The notes under the pieces: generated by a model
Database searches by the model: none
Told to the model about the DNA's origin: nothing
Seen by the model: the letters and a program-made list of their open reading frames with translations, nothing else
Source of the DNA: Candidatus Woesearchaeota archaeon
Lineage (GTDB): Archaea; Nanobdellota; Nanobdellia; SCGC-AAA011-G17; UBA489
Assembly: GCA_018655015.1 (NCBI GenBank)
Contig: JABIKK010000011.1
Span: 111,736 to 175,735, forward strand
Direction of reading: 5' to 3'
Length of the DNA: 64,000 bases
Shown here: positions 25,146 through 34,054 of the stretch, one piece after another
How the letters are laid out: every line of letters begins with the position of its first letter
Numbering within the stretch: the first letter of the stretch is position 1
Translations under genes and position numbers: made by a program

Positions 25146-25544
25146 TTATTTCTTCATCATTAAACCCCAAAGACCTAGAATAACTAGTAGAACACCTACT
25201 ACTTTCTGCATCATTGGAGTTGGTCTGGCAAATAGGAGTATAACACCTGCAACACCCACAATTAATATTGATAAGTGCATTGCAGCTAATTCCTGATCCT
25301 TAGAACTTTTCCTAACGGGTGCAGACACTGCTGTTGCCCTTCTAGTTGAAGTTCTTCTAGGAGCCTTTCTCCTTGTTGAAGTTCTCTTTGTAGTAGACCT
25401 CTTTCTAGTTGTGGATCTTCTAGCTGTAGAACGTCTTGTTGTGGATCTTCTAGCCGTAGACCTCTTTCTAGTTGTGGATCTTCTAGCTGTAGAACGTCTT
25501 CTTGTTGCTTTTCTTGTTGCTTTTCTTGCAGCCATGTAATTCAC
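25146..25544 (-). CDS. Arg/Ser/Thr-rich tandem-repeat protein with C-terminal double TM anchor
   Basis: The N-terminal ~90 aa are (RRSTARRSTTRKRSTARRSTT)n. The C-terminus has two hydrophobic helices (LSILIVGVAGVILLF and VGVLLVILGLWGLMM). Confidence 0.45.
   Translation of the reverse strand: MNYMAARKATRKATRRRSTARRSTTRKRSTARRSTTRRSTARRSTTRKRSTTKRTSTRRKAPRRTSTRRATAVSAPVRKSSKDQELAAMHLSILIVGVAGVILLFARPTPMMQKVVGVLLVILGLWGLMMKK
25380..25525. repeat. 63-nt (21-codon) tandem repeat, about 2.3 copies, inside the Arg/Ser/Thr-rich gene
   Basis: agacctctttctagttgtggatcttctagctgtagaacgtctt recurs with a period of 63 nt (25394 and 25457). Confidence 0.6.
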
Positions 25545-25632
25545 CTCTTATAATGAGTATAATAGGTAAGTCTGACCTGTAGGACTATATAAATGTTTTT
25601 TATTTTTTGTAGTGGTTAATATTAGGAAAAAG

Positions 25633-25707
25633 CGCCCCGACTGGGATTCGAACCCAGGTCCCCGGCTCGAAAAGCCGGAATGATTGACCGAACTACACTA
25701 TCGGGGC
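25633..25707 (-). tRNA. tRNA-Glu (anticodon UUC)
   Basis: The reverse complement GCCCCGATAGTGTAGTTCGGTCAATCATTCCGGCTTTTCGAGCCGGGGACCTGGGTTCGAATCCCAGTCGGGGCG has the same architecture as canonical archaeal tRNA-Glu. Confidence 0.85.
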
Positions 25708-25762
25708 AATGAACTGAAATCTCATAAATTTCTTTAAAAAACTTTGGATTTTAAAAAATCAG

Positions 25763-25878
25763 TGAGCCCAGCCGGATTTGAACCGGCGACCTCCAGCTTT
25801 CTTAGAGCTTGTTTCCTTTTCTAAAACGAAAAGGCGTCATATAAGACTGGCGCTCTAACCAGACTAAGCTACGGGCTC
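25763..25878 (-). tRNA. Intron-containing tRNA. Predicted mature anticodon is UAU (tRNA-Ile), with a ~41-nt intron at the canonical 37/38 position.
   Basis: 5' exon is GAGCCCGTAGCTTAGTCTGGTTAGAGCGCCAGTCTTATA. The intron is TGACGCC...CTAAGAA. 3' exon is AGCTGGAGGTCGCCGGTTCAAATCCGGCTGGGCTCA. Anticodon stem CCAGT/GCTGG closes only after removing the 41 nt. Confidence 0.7.
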
Positions 25879-25957
25879 ATAGTGTCTTTGTGTCATTGAG
25901 AGACTTTTAAAACTTTTGATAAGAAGCTTTATTAGGCTTTTATTCTGGAAAAGGAGT

Positions 25958-27151
25958 ATGATAATCGGTGTTGTGGGAAAACCCAATGTGGGGAAAAGTA
26001 CATTTTTCAAGTCTGCGACTTTGGCAGACGTAGAGATAGCTAATTATCCATTTGCAACAATTAAAGCAAATTCTGGAGTTGGGCATGTTAAAGTTGATTG
26101 TGTTGATGTTGAATTCAAAACTCAATGTAATCCTAGAACTGGCTATTGTGTTAATCATAAAAGATTTATTCCTGTCGAATTAATTGATGTTGCCGGATTA
26201 GTTCCTGGTGCACATGAGGGCAAGGGATTAGGTAATGCTTTTTTAGAAGATTTGAGACCTGCCGATGCATTGATACATGTTATTGATGCGAGTGGTGGAA
26301 CAAATGAAAAAGGTGAAACTGTAAATGAAGGAAGTTACGATCCTGTTGAAGATGTACTATTTTTAGAAAACGAATTAGATATGTGGTATCTAGGAATAAT
26401 GAAACGTGGTTGGGAAAAGTTTGCAAGGACAATGCAACAAGAACACTCAAATGTTGTTAAAACTATTGCAAAAAGATTGTCCGGTTTGAGAGTTACTGAA
26501 GAACATGTTGAAAGATGTTTGAAGGAAAATAATTTAGGTGAAAAAACTCCTGAGACTTGGAATGAAGGCGAGATGCTTGGATTTGCAAGTTGGTTGAGGA
26601 AAGAAACAAAACCAATGGTAATTATTGCAAATAAATGTGATAGGAAAGTTGGAAGAGATAATGTTGTTAAGTTAAAAGAGAAGTTTAAAGATTATTTAAT
26701 TATTCCATGTTCAGCCGATAGTGAGTTGGCTTTGAGGGAAGCTGCGAAACATGAAGTCATTGAATACATTCCTGGGGACAAGGATTTTTTGATGAATGAT
26801 TCTAAGTTGAATGATAAACAAAAGGAAGCTTTAGAATTTATTAGGAGGGATGTTCTAAATGAGTTTGAATGTACTGGTGTGCAGAAGGCACTTAATGAGG
26901 CTGTGTTTGAATTGTTGGATTATGTCCATATTTATCCTGGTGGAATGAATAAATTAGAAGATAAAGATGGAAATGTATTGCCTGACTGCTTCTTGATGAA
27001 GAATGGGACTACTGCGTTAGAATTTGCTTTTAGAATTCATACAGATATTGGTAAGGGTTTCATTAAAGCTATGGATGTAAAGAAAAGAATTCCTATTGGT
27101 AAGGAGCATGTCCTTTTAGAAGGGGATGTTGTAGAGATTATGACTAAATAG
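25958..27151 (+). CDS. ychF: YchF/OLA1-family ribosome-binding ATPase (Obg-like, C-terminal TGS domain)
   Basis: MIIGVVGKPNVGKSTFFKSATLADVEIANYPFATIKANSGV matches the YchF G1 region. A C-terminal TGS-like domain follows. Start moved to the internal ATG at 25958. Confidence 0.8.
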   Translation: MIIGVVGKPNVGKSTFFKSATLADVEIANYPFATIKANSGVGHVKVDCVDVEFKTQCNPRTGYCVNHKRFIPVELIDVAGLVPGAHEGKGLGNAFLEDLRPADALIHVIDASGGTNEKGETVNEGSYDPVEDVLFLENELDMWYLGIMKRGWEKFARTMQQEHSNVVKTIAKRLSGLRVTEEHVERCLKENNLGEKTPETWNEGEMLGFASWLRKETKPMVIIANKCDRKVGRDNVVKLKEKFKDYLIIPCSADSELALREAAKHEVIEYIPGDKDFLMNDSKLNDKQKEALEFIRRDVLNEFECTGVQKALNEAVFELLDYVHIYPGGMNKLEDKDGNVLPDCFLMKNGTTALEFAFRIHTDIGKGFIKAMDVKKRIPIGKEHVLLEGDVVEIMTK

Positions 27152-27175
27152 GTAAAAATTTAAATTAGAATTTCT

Positions 27176-27577
27176 ATGAGTTTTTCTATGAGACAAGTAA
27201 TTCTGGAGATAAATGGTCTAGAAATGGTTAATTTTAGTCCCAATAATTATAATGGGGAAATGAATCTTAGCTATACTGTTGACGGTGAGAAGAAGGTACA
27301 GGTTGTAAGATTTGATTTGACCCGTAAAATAGAAATTCTTGTTGGAAGTATTTTGAAGTTTGTTAAGTCGCAAGGAGATCAAGATGTTGATGAAGATGAT
27401 CTGGTAGGGAGTTTGTTTGTAAAAAGGTTAAAGGATGAGGATAAAATTGAAGAGAGATTACTTAATTTTTTTGCTAAACTTTGTGAAAAAGTAAGGTTTA
27501 TGAAGATGGACAAAAATCATGTCAACTATATGAAAATATTTCATGAGGTAAGGGGGAGTAAGGTCGTCCTTAATTAA
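27176..27577 (+). CDS. Hypothetical protein (133 aa) immediately upstream of kae1 (stop/start 1 nt apart)
   Basis: No motif recognised. Position suggests co-transcription with kae1. Confidence 0.3.
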   Translation: MSFSMRQVILEINGLEMVNFSPNNYNGEMNLSYTVDGEKKVQVVRFDLTRKIEILVGSILKFVKSQGDQDVDEDDLVGSLFVKRLKDEDKIEERLLNFFAKLCEKVRFMKMDKNHVNYMKIFHEVRGSKVVLN

Positions 27578-27578
27578 A

Positions 27579-28559
27579 ATGATTGCACTAGGTATTGAAA
27601 GCACGGCACATACATTTGGTGTTGGAATTGTAAGTAAAAAGAATGTTCTTGTTAATTTAAGAGACTCCTACACAACTGAAAAGGGAGGAATAATTCCTAC
27701 GGAAGCTGCTGAGCACCATAAGAAAATAGCAATGGATTTAGTAAGGGAAGCAATTGAAATATTTGAAAAAGAAAGTAAGGGTAAGAAAATAGATTTAGTT
27801 GTTTACTCTCGTGGTCCGGGAATAGGTCCTTGTTTGCATGTAGGGAAGAATACTGCTAGAGAAGTTGGGAAAAACCTTGGCGTCCCTGTTATTGGAATTA
27901 ACCATTGTGTAGCCCATTTATCTGTGGGAAGTTTAGTTACTCCCGTTAAAGACCCTGTTTTATTGTACGCATCCGGGGCAAACACACAGATTATAGCCTA
28001 TGAAGGTAAAAAATACAGAGTTTTTGGTGAAACATTGGATCAAGGTATTGGTAATTTTATAGACTCATTTGCGAGACATATGGGGCTTGGTTTTCCTGGA
28101 GGTCCGAAAATAGAAGTTTTGGCAAAAAAAGGTAGGAAATACATTGAGTTGCCTTATTCAGTTAAGGGAATGGATATATCTCTTTCTGGCATGTTAACTA
28201 ATTTAAAAAATAAATTTGATTCAAAAGAGTTTAGTGAAAAAGATCTAGCTTACTCCTTGCAAGAAACTGCATTTGCAATGTTAGTTGAAGTCGCTGAGAG
28301 AGCAATGGCCCATTGTGGTAAAAAAGAACTTTTGATTGGCGGCGGTGTTGGTTGCAATTCAAGGTTGCAAGAAATGTGCGCAATTATGTGCAAGGAAAGA
28401 GGTGCAAAGTTTTATGCCCCTCCAAAAGGATTATTAGTAGATAATGGTGCGATGATTGCATACCAAGGAATATTAGAACATTGTGCTGGAAGAAAAGAAA
28501 GTAAGGTTGAAGTCAGGCCTTATGAAAGAACTGATGACATTTTGGTTGATTGGAAATAG
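27579..28559 (+). CDS. kae1: tRNA N6-adenosine threonylcarbamoyltransferase Kae1 (KEOPS catalytic subunit)
   Basis: MIALGIESTAHTFGVGIV...GINHCVAHL metal-binding motifs. 326 aa ASKHA fold. Confidence 0.85.
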   Translation: MIALGIESTAHTFGVGIVSKKNVLVNLRDSYTTEKGGIIPTEAAEHHKKIAMDLVREAIEIFEKESKGKKIDLVVYSRGPGIGPCLHVGKNTAREVGKNLGVPVIGINHCVAHLSVGSLVTPVKDPVLLYASGANTQIIAYEGKKYRVFGETLDQGIGNFIDSFARHMGLGFPGGPKIEVLAKKGRKYIELPYSVKGMDISLSGMLTNLKNKFDSKEFSEKDLAYSLQETAFAMLVEVAERAMAHCGKKELLIGGGVGCNSRLQEMCAIMCKERGAKFYAPPKGLLVDNGAMIAYQGILEHCAGRKESKVEVRPYERTDDILVDWK

Positions 28560-29558
28560 TTAAATTGTTTTTTCTAAAATATATTTTGAAGGTAAGCCTT
28601 CCGTTCCAACAGTTATGTGAATTCTGAAACTTTCAAATTCAATATCTAATGTAGTTGTTTCTTCTTTTATTTTCTGTGAAGACTTTTCTGCAAGATAGTT
28701 AACAAAATCGCTGAGTTGCTTCGCATTAATATATTCTAAATTAGAGATTAGTTCCGTGTTGTCCCTTTGAACTTTTATTTTTAAGTTTGGGCCATCACAA
28801 GTTATTTTTGTAACTTTGGGATCATGTAAAATTGGATCAATCAAGCCAAAATTTACTAAATGTTTTATTAAAAAATACCTTAATTTCGAAGGACTAAGCT
28901 CATTAGAAGCTATTTTATTCTTTTTTGCTAATTTATTCATGATTTTTGTGAATTTTTCTTTATCTTGGAATAAGTTCTGCTTTTTTTCCACAAGAGGCTT
29001 TAATGAATTAAGCATAGTGATTTCGCTTTTTTCTAACTTTGATTCATTTACAATGTAAAACATTCCCTTCACTGTTGCAGAAGCCATTTCTTCACCAGTC
29101 ACCTGAGATGTTATTAATGGAACATGTTCTTCAGTTATTTCAAGAGGTTTTGGCTTCTCAATAGGTTTTATTATTTCTTTTTTTGGCTCTTCAATTATTT
29201 TTTGAATTTGAAAATCTCTTGGTTGGACACTTAAACTTTCTTCACTTAAGTTCCTTGTAGGTTCTATTGGAAATGTTGGAATTTCAAATGCTTCTGTTTC
29301 TTGATCGGGAAAGTCAAATTCTGGAGGTAAAAACTCCTCTTCATTAGTTGTTAAAATAAATGCTTCTTGAGATTGGTGCTTTTTTATAGTTCTGCCAGAC
29401 TTTTTAATGTGTGCTTTAATTAATTCTTTTGTGAACTTATTTAGGATATATATTCTTTCTCCAGCCAAAGGTTCTTTCAAACTGTAGAGAACATTCTCAA
29501 TTTCACTATTTAATTCATTTAATTTTTCATCTAGAACGAAATTAATCTCATCTTTCAT
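28560..29558 (-). CDS. Protein whose C-terminal ~110 aa look like the N-terminal domain of FlaI/VirB11/GspE secretion ATPases. The ATPase domain is absent.
   Basis: KVTKITCDGPNLKIKVQRDNTELISNLEYINAKQLSDFVNYLAEKSSQKIKEETTTLDIEFESFRIHITVGTEGLPSKYILEKTI, then a stop. This resembles the '...MVNGp..v.ver.g....s.vda.lpdGsRvn.v.pP' N-domain. The N-terminal 220 aa are acidic low complexity. Confidence 0.4.
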   Translation of the reverse strand: MKDEINFVLDEKLNELNSEIENVLYSLKEPLAGERIYILNKFTKELIKAHIKKSGRTIKKHQSQEAFILTTNEEEFLPPEFDFPDQETEAFEIPTFPIEPTRNLSEESLSVQPRDFQIQKIIEEPKKEIIKPIEKPKPLEITEEHVPLITSQVTGEEMASATVKGMFYIVNESKLEKSEITMLNSLKPLVEKKQNLFQDKEKFTKIMNKLAKKNKIASNELSPSKLRYFLIKHLVNFGLIDPILHDPKVTKITCDGPNLKIKVQRDNTELISNLEYINAKQLSDFVNYLAEKSSQKIKEETTTLDIEFESFRIHITVGTEGLPSKYILEKTI

Positions 29559-29905
29559 TATTCTAACTCTGTTTTTGGAAGGGGTTTTGATTGTAGGTTA
29601 GTTGGATTGAATCCAATAGTCGTTTTATCCCTTACAAAACGTTCAATTAAAATAAGGCCTCTAGCAATAGTTTTATTTTGTTCAACTAGATCAGATATTT
29701 GTTTAGCGAGTGGCTTTTCATCGAGTTTTTCTGCCCTTTCTATGTTTTTTGCCGCTTCTTCAAATAATGAAAGCATCCTATCCATTCTACGAGTCATCTT
29801 ATTCATTGATTCAAGAAGTTCTAATGATACTTTCTCTAAAGCTACATTATGCTTTATTAGTTCATCAATTAATGGCTCCGATGGAGAAATTTTTTTAGCT
29901 GGCAT
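29558..29905 (-). CDS. Hypothetical alpha-helical protein (115 aa)
   Basis: Shares a start/stop junction with the upstream gene. Coiled-coil-like. Confidence 0.3.
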   Translation of the reverse strand: MPAKKISPSEPLIDELIKHNVALEKVSLELLESMNKMTRRMDRMLSLFEEAAKNIERAEKLDEKPLAKQISDLVEQNKTIARGLILIERFVRDKTTIGFNPTNLQSKPLPKTELE

Positions 29906-29964
29906 TTTTCCTCTTTTTTCTTGATTTAGATTGAGCCTATAAACTTTATAAAATTATTGGTAAG

Positions 29965-30486
29965 TTATCTTAGTTTCAAAAGCTGTTCTGAGGTTTTTTT
30001 TGATATTCTTTTTAACATTTCTTCGTCTTCAAATCTTTTCCTTAAGCTTGATTGTTGGTCTGATTTAGTTAGGTACCTCATTAATACATCACTGTTTTTG
30101 TTTCCTATTTTTTCAAACTTCATTTTTTTGAAGAATTTCTCTAGTTGAAGTGGGACTTTTAATTCTATTTCTTTAGATCCCTTCCTTGCCAAGTAATCCA
30201 TGCAATTATTTATTAATTCAAATAAATCTCTCTCCGTTGTTTTTGGAGAAACGATTATATTGTTAATTCTAGACTTTTTATCTTTGTAAAGTATTGTGTG
30301 GGCAAAAGTGTTAATTGATCTATTCCTTTTTTTTATGAAATTTTCTTCTGAAATTATATCTGTAGAATGCCCTTCTTCTAGAAATTTAGAAATATCTTTT
30401 AGCTTATCGCCTTTTCTTTTAAGACCGTTTTTTTTAATAAATCTAGATGATTTACCCATATCCTCTTTTTTCATGCGAAGAACCAT
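29965..30486 (-). CDS. Hypothetical basic protein (possible GNAT-like C-terminal half)
   Basis: Start trimmed to an internal Met to avoid a 41-nt overlap with the thermosome stop. ELKVPLQLEKFFKKMKFEKIG is weakly GNAT-like. Confidence 0.3.
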   Translation of the reverse strand: MVLRMKKEDMGKSSRFIKKNGLKRKGDKLKDISKFLEEGHSTDIISEENFIKKRNRSINTFAHTILYKDKKSRINNIIVSPKTTERDLFELINNCMDYLARKGSKEIELKVPLQLEKFFKKMKFEKIGNKNSDVLMRYLTKSDQQSSLRKRFEDEEMLKRISKKTSEQLLKLR

Positions 30487-30517
30487 GTTTTTTAGTAGTA
30501 TTAGAAATATAAAAAAC

Positions 30518-32134
30518 TTACATTCCCATTCCAGGCATCTGGCCAGGAGATGGGCCACCTTGAGAAGGTGAACAAGATATTACATCATCAATTCTAAGTA
30601 TTAGTTCTGCAACTTCTGAGGCTGATTTAACTGCCTGTGTTTTTATCTTTAAAGGCTCGATTATTCCTTCTTTCCATGAATTAATTACGTTTCCTGTAAA
30701 AACGTCAATACCTGCGAATTTTTCGTCCCTATCATGGCTTGCCTTTAGATTAGTAATAATATCGATTGGATCTAAACCTGCATTTTCTGCTAGAGTTCTT
30801 GGAATAACTTCCATTGCCTCTGCAAATGCTTGGACTGCTAGTTGTTCTCTTCCGGATAAAGTGTTTGCGAAATCTCTTAGGTCCTTTGCTAATTCTATTT
30901 CAGGTGAACCTGCTCCACCAACTGCCTTACCTTCTTTAACAGAAGCGATGACATCACCTATTGCATCTTCAACTGCCCTTTCAACTTCTGCTACAACATG
31001 TTCGGTACCGCCCCTAATTAAGATTGTAACTGCCTTTGGACTTTTGCATTCCCTTACATAAGTCATTTCTTCATCTCCAACCTTAACTTCTTCAATTAAA
31101 CCTGCATGGCCTAATGATTCAGAGGTAATTGTTTCTACATTTGTAATTATAGTTGCACCTGTTGCCCTTGATAACATTTCTATGTCTGATTTTTTTACTC
31201 TTCTTGTAGCATAAATTCCATGCTTTGCTAAATAGTATTGTGCAAGGTCGTCAATTCCTTTTTGGCAGAAAATTACTGTTGCTCCAGATTCCTTAATTTT
31301 ATCAGTCATGTCCTTGATCATTGTTTCTTCTTTCTTTAGGAAAGCGTCCATCTGGTCTGGAGAAGTGATTTGAATTTTTGCATCTGTTTCCGTGTTCTTT
31401 ATTTCAATAGGTGTATCAAGAAGTAATACTTTTGCATCCCTTACTTGTTCGGGCATTGCAGAGTTGACTCTTTCTTTTTCTATTACTAATCCGCTAATTA
31501 ATTCTGATCCTTCGATCCCTGAACCAACTTTCTTTTCAAGCTTGATATCTTTTGATGAAACCTCATTTGAATCATTTGCTACTTGCATAATTGCTTTAAC
31601 AGTTAAATTTGATAAAAGTTCTTTTGAAGATTCAGCACCTTTTCCAGTCATTGCAGTCATTGCTATTTTTTTAAGAACTTCTTCGTCATCTGCACTAATA
31701 TTTTCCGCAATTTTAACAAGAATTTCTTGTGATTTTTTTGCTGCTAAGTTGTATCCTTTTGAAATTATTGTAGGATGTACATTTTTTTCAATTAATGCTT
31801 CTGCATTCTTTAGTAGTTCTCCTGCTAGGACTACTGCTGTTGTGGTTCCATCCCCAACTTCTTCTTCTTGAGTTTTTGCAACTTCAACAATCATTTTAGC
31901 TGCAGGATGCTCAATTTGCATCTCTCTTAGAATTGTGACACCATCATTTGTAACTACAACATCCCCCATTGAGTCAACTAACATTTTATCCATTCCTTTT
32001 GGACCTAAGGTTGTACGAACAGTTTCAGCTACGATTTTAGCTGCTAGAATATTATTTCTTTGAGCGTCTTTTCCCAGAGTTCTTTGATATCCTTCTGGTA
32101 GTATGAATATTGGTTGATTGTTGTCTTGTGTCAT
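30518..32134 (-). CDS. ths: Thermosome subunit (group II chaperonin)
   Basis: [12 protein letters not shown]-binding GDGTTT and VLLAGELL motifs. C-terminal GGM-type tail [13 protein letters not shown]. Confidence 0.9.
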   Translation of the reverse strand: MTQDNNQPIFILPEGYQRTLGKDAQRNNILAAKIVAETVRTTLGPKGMDKMLVDSMGDVVVTNDGVTILREMQIEHPAAKMIVEVAKTQEEEVGDGTTTAVVLAGELLKNAEALIEKNVHPTIISKGYNLAAKKSQEILVKIAENISADDEEVLKKIAMTAMTGKGAESSKELLSNLTVKAIMQVANDSNEVSSKDIKLEKKVGSGIEGSELISGLVIEKERVNSAMPEQVRDAKVLLLDTPIEIKNTETDAKIQITSPDQMDAFLKKEETMIKDMTDKIKESGATVIFCQKGIDDLAQYYLAKHGIYATRRVKKSDIEMLSRATGATIITNVETITSESLGHAGLIEEVKVGDEEMTYVRECKSPKAVTILIRGGTEHVVAEVERAVEDAIGDVIASVKEGKAVGGAGSPEIELAKDLRDFANTLSGREQLAVQAFAEAMEVIPRTLAENAGLDPIDIITNLKASHDRDEKFAGIDVFTGNVINSWKEGIIEPLKIKTQAVKSASEVAELILRIDDVISCSPSQGGPSPGQMPGMGM

Positions 32135-32211
32135 TTGATTCCCCCATGAATCACTAATACGTCAGAATATTCTGATGTTAGGTGTGTATCATCTTGTATT
32201 TTGGAGGATTT

Positions 32212-32913
32212 TTAAGGGTTTTGATTAATGGAATGTATGACTCCTAGAAGTTCATTAAAGGCATTTATTTCATAATCTGACTTGCCTTTGTAGCTGTTAT
32301 CTGATAGGACGTTGCCATATTTGGCATGAATTGATATTAGGCCTACTTCATTTGCACCTTTTATGTCTCTTTCTGGCCAATCCCCAACATAAGCTGCCTC
32401 TTCGGGCTTCAAACCCATTTGGTTCAATGCTTTTAGGAATGGTTCTGGAGATGGCTTTCTTGGAAGATTGTCATCAAATTCATTAGGCCCCAGGACTTCT
32501 TCAAAAAAATCAGAAAGACCTAAGGCATTTACTCTTTTTAGAGCTTTTTTCAAGGGTGCATCGGTGACTATTGCAAGTCTAAGTCCTAGAGATTTTAGTT
32601 TAGTTAATGTTTCCTTTACTCCAGGGTATGACTCTGTGTTTTCAACCCACACCTTCCTGTAACCATTTATTCCAGCTTCTAGAATTATTGGATCAAATTG
32701 ATTATTGTTTTTTAGAAAATCTGAAATCACGTTTGAACCATGAAAAACTTTTTTGTACTCCTTCCACAGTAATTTTCCGGCATCTTCTTTTTCCATTTTA
32801 AGACCTGCATCAACCATTGCTTGGGCTGCTAGTTCTACAGACTTTTTTTTATGTGATTCTGCATCAAACAAAGTCATTTCTAGATCAAATAATACTGCTT
32901 TTAGTTTAGGCAT
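32212..32913 (-). CDS. HAD-superfamily phosphatase
   Basis: Motif I is FDLEMTLFD (DxD). Motif IV is near the C-terminus (VGDWPERDIKGA). Confidence 0.7.
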   Translation of the reverse strand: MPKLKAVLFDLEMTLFDAESHKKKSVELAAQAMVDAGLKMEKEDAGKLLWKEYKKVFHGSNVISDFLKNNNQFDPIILEAGINGYRKVWVENTESYPGVKETLTKLKSLGLRLAIVTDAPLKKALKRVNALGLSDFFEEVLGPNEFDDNLPRKPSPEPFLKALNQMGLKPEEAAYVGDWPERDIKGANEVGLISIHAKYGNVLSDNSYKGKSDYEINAFNELLGVIHSINQNP

Positions 32914-32944
32914 AAAATTAAGTTTAGAAAGATGTTTTTAAGAT

Positions 32945-34054
32945 TTAGGGCAACCAAGTTTTGTCATTCTTTAGTTTTTGTGGGAGATACTTATCTATAA
33001 CATAGTTTAATCCCCATTTAGCTAATGCTTGTTGCTCTGCACGTTGTCCAGATTTTACTTGTTGTTTGATTGCATTTTGCCATTCTTTGTGTTGTTTTAC
33101 GAATGGATCGTTCTTTAATGCGTCTTTTGCACGTTTAATATCTACATCTTTTAGTGGATGTGTTGGAAGTTTGTAATCTACTATGTCTTGAGGAGTTATT
33201 CCAATGAATCTTGCTTGAGGTACACAGAAAAACTCGTTTAGATGAGCAGCATTACCGGATCCAACTTTTAGAGTTCTATAAATATTGAAAAATGCATACA
33301 TATCTCCATCGCAGAATGCGTAAACTGGAATCTTCTTTTCATCTGCTAATCTTCTAATGAATCTTCTACAGGCTCTTGTTGGGACCCCCCCCATAGATAT
33401 TAAAATACAGTTAGCCTTTTTCCAATAACCATGTTTGTTTAATCTTTCAAACATACCTGCTGTTTCAATTGCTAAAATAAACTTAGCTTTTGTTTCAAAT
33501 TTTAGATGTTCAACGGAGGTTGGAACAGAATAAGCTCCAGAACCGAACTTAGTACAATCAATCTTAAGTTGAGCACCAGTATTTGGATCTTTATCCACCA
33601 CTACTAGTTCCCCAGCAACAGCTCCACCTTTTTCTTCTGGAATGAAACCTAGTTGTTCACGATTGATACCGAACATTGCCTCTACATCATCCATAACAGT
33701 GTCTGACTCGGGTTGCTCTTTGAATCTCGCATCTCCCCAGTTTTTTGAAACATAGTATGCTTCTCTTTTAGTTGCAATGTCATTAGTTTTCAAAAGGTTT
33801 TTTGAAAGTCCCATCATTTTCAAGGTTTGTGCAAATGCTTTGATTGTTGTTACATTAAGTGCTCTTGTTTTTACTCTTCCTAAAAGTTCAAAGAATCCTC
33901 TTTTAGGGTCGTATTTAACATTGCTAAGCGCCCTTATTGGAAAGTTCATTTCAGGACTTTTTTTCTTTAGGATTTTTTTGTAAACATCTTTTGCAGAATC
34001 ATCTATTGTTTTGATTGTTTCTGTGTTAGTTCTCTTTTGTTTTTTTTGAGTCAT
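32945..34054 (-). CDS. top6A: DNA topoisomerase VI subunit A (Spo11-like)
   Basis: Winged-helix CAP domain with a catalytic Tyr region, then a Toprim domain. It overlaps top6B by 4 nt in the conserved B-A operon order. Confidence 0.9.
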   Translation of the reverse strand: MTQKKQKRTNTETIKTIDDSAKDVYKKILKKKSPEMNFPIRALSNVKYDPKRGFFELLGRVKTRALNVTTIKAFAQTLKMMGLSKNLLKTNDIATKREAYYVSKNWGDARFKEQPESDTVMDDVEAMFGINREQLGFIPEEKGGAVAGELVVVDKDPNTGAQLKIDCTKFGSGAYSVPTSVEHLKFETKAKFILAIETAGMFERLNKHGYWKKANCILISMGGVPTRACRRFIRRLADEKKIPVYAFCDGDMYAFFNIYRTLKVGSGNAAHLNEFFCVPQARFIGITPQDIVDYKLPTHPLKDVDIKRAKDALKNDPFVKQHKEWQNAIKQQVKSGQRAEQQALAKWGLNYVIDKYLPQKLKNDKTWLP

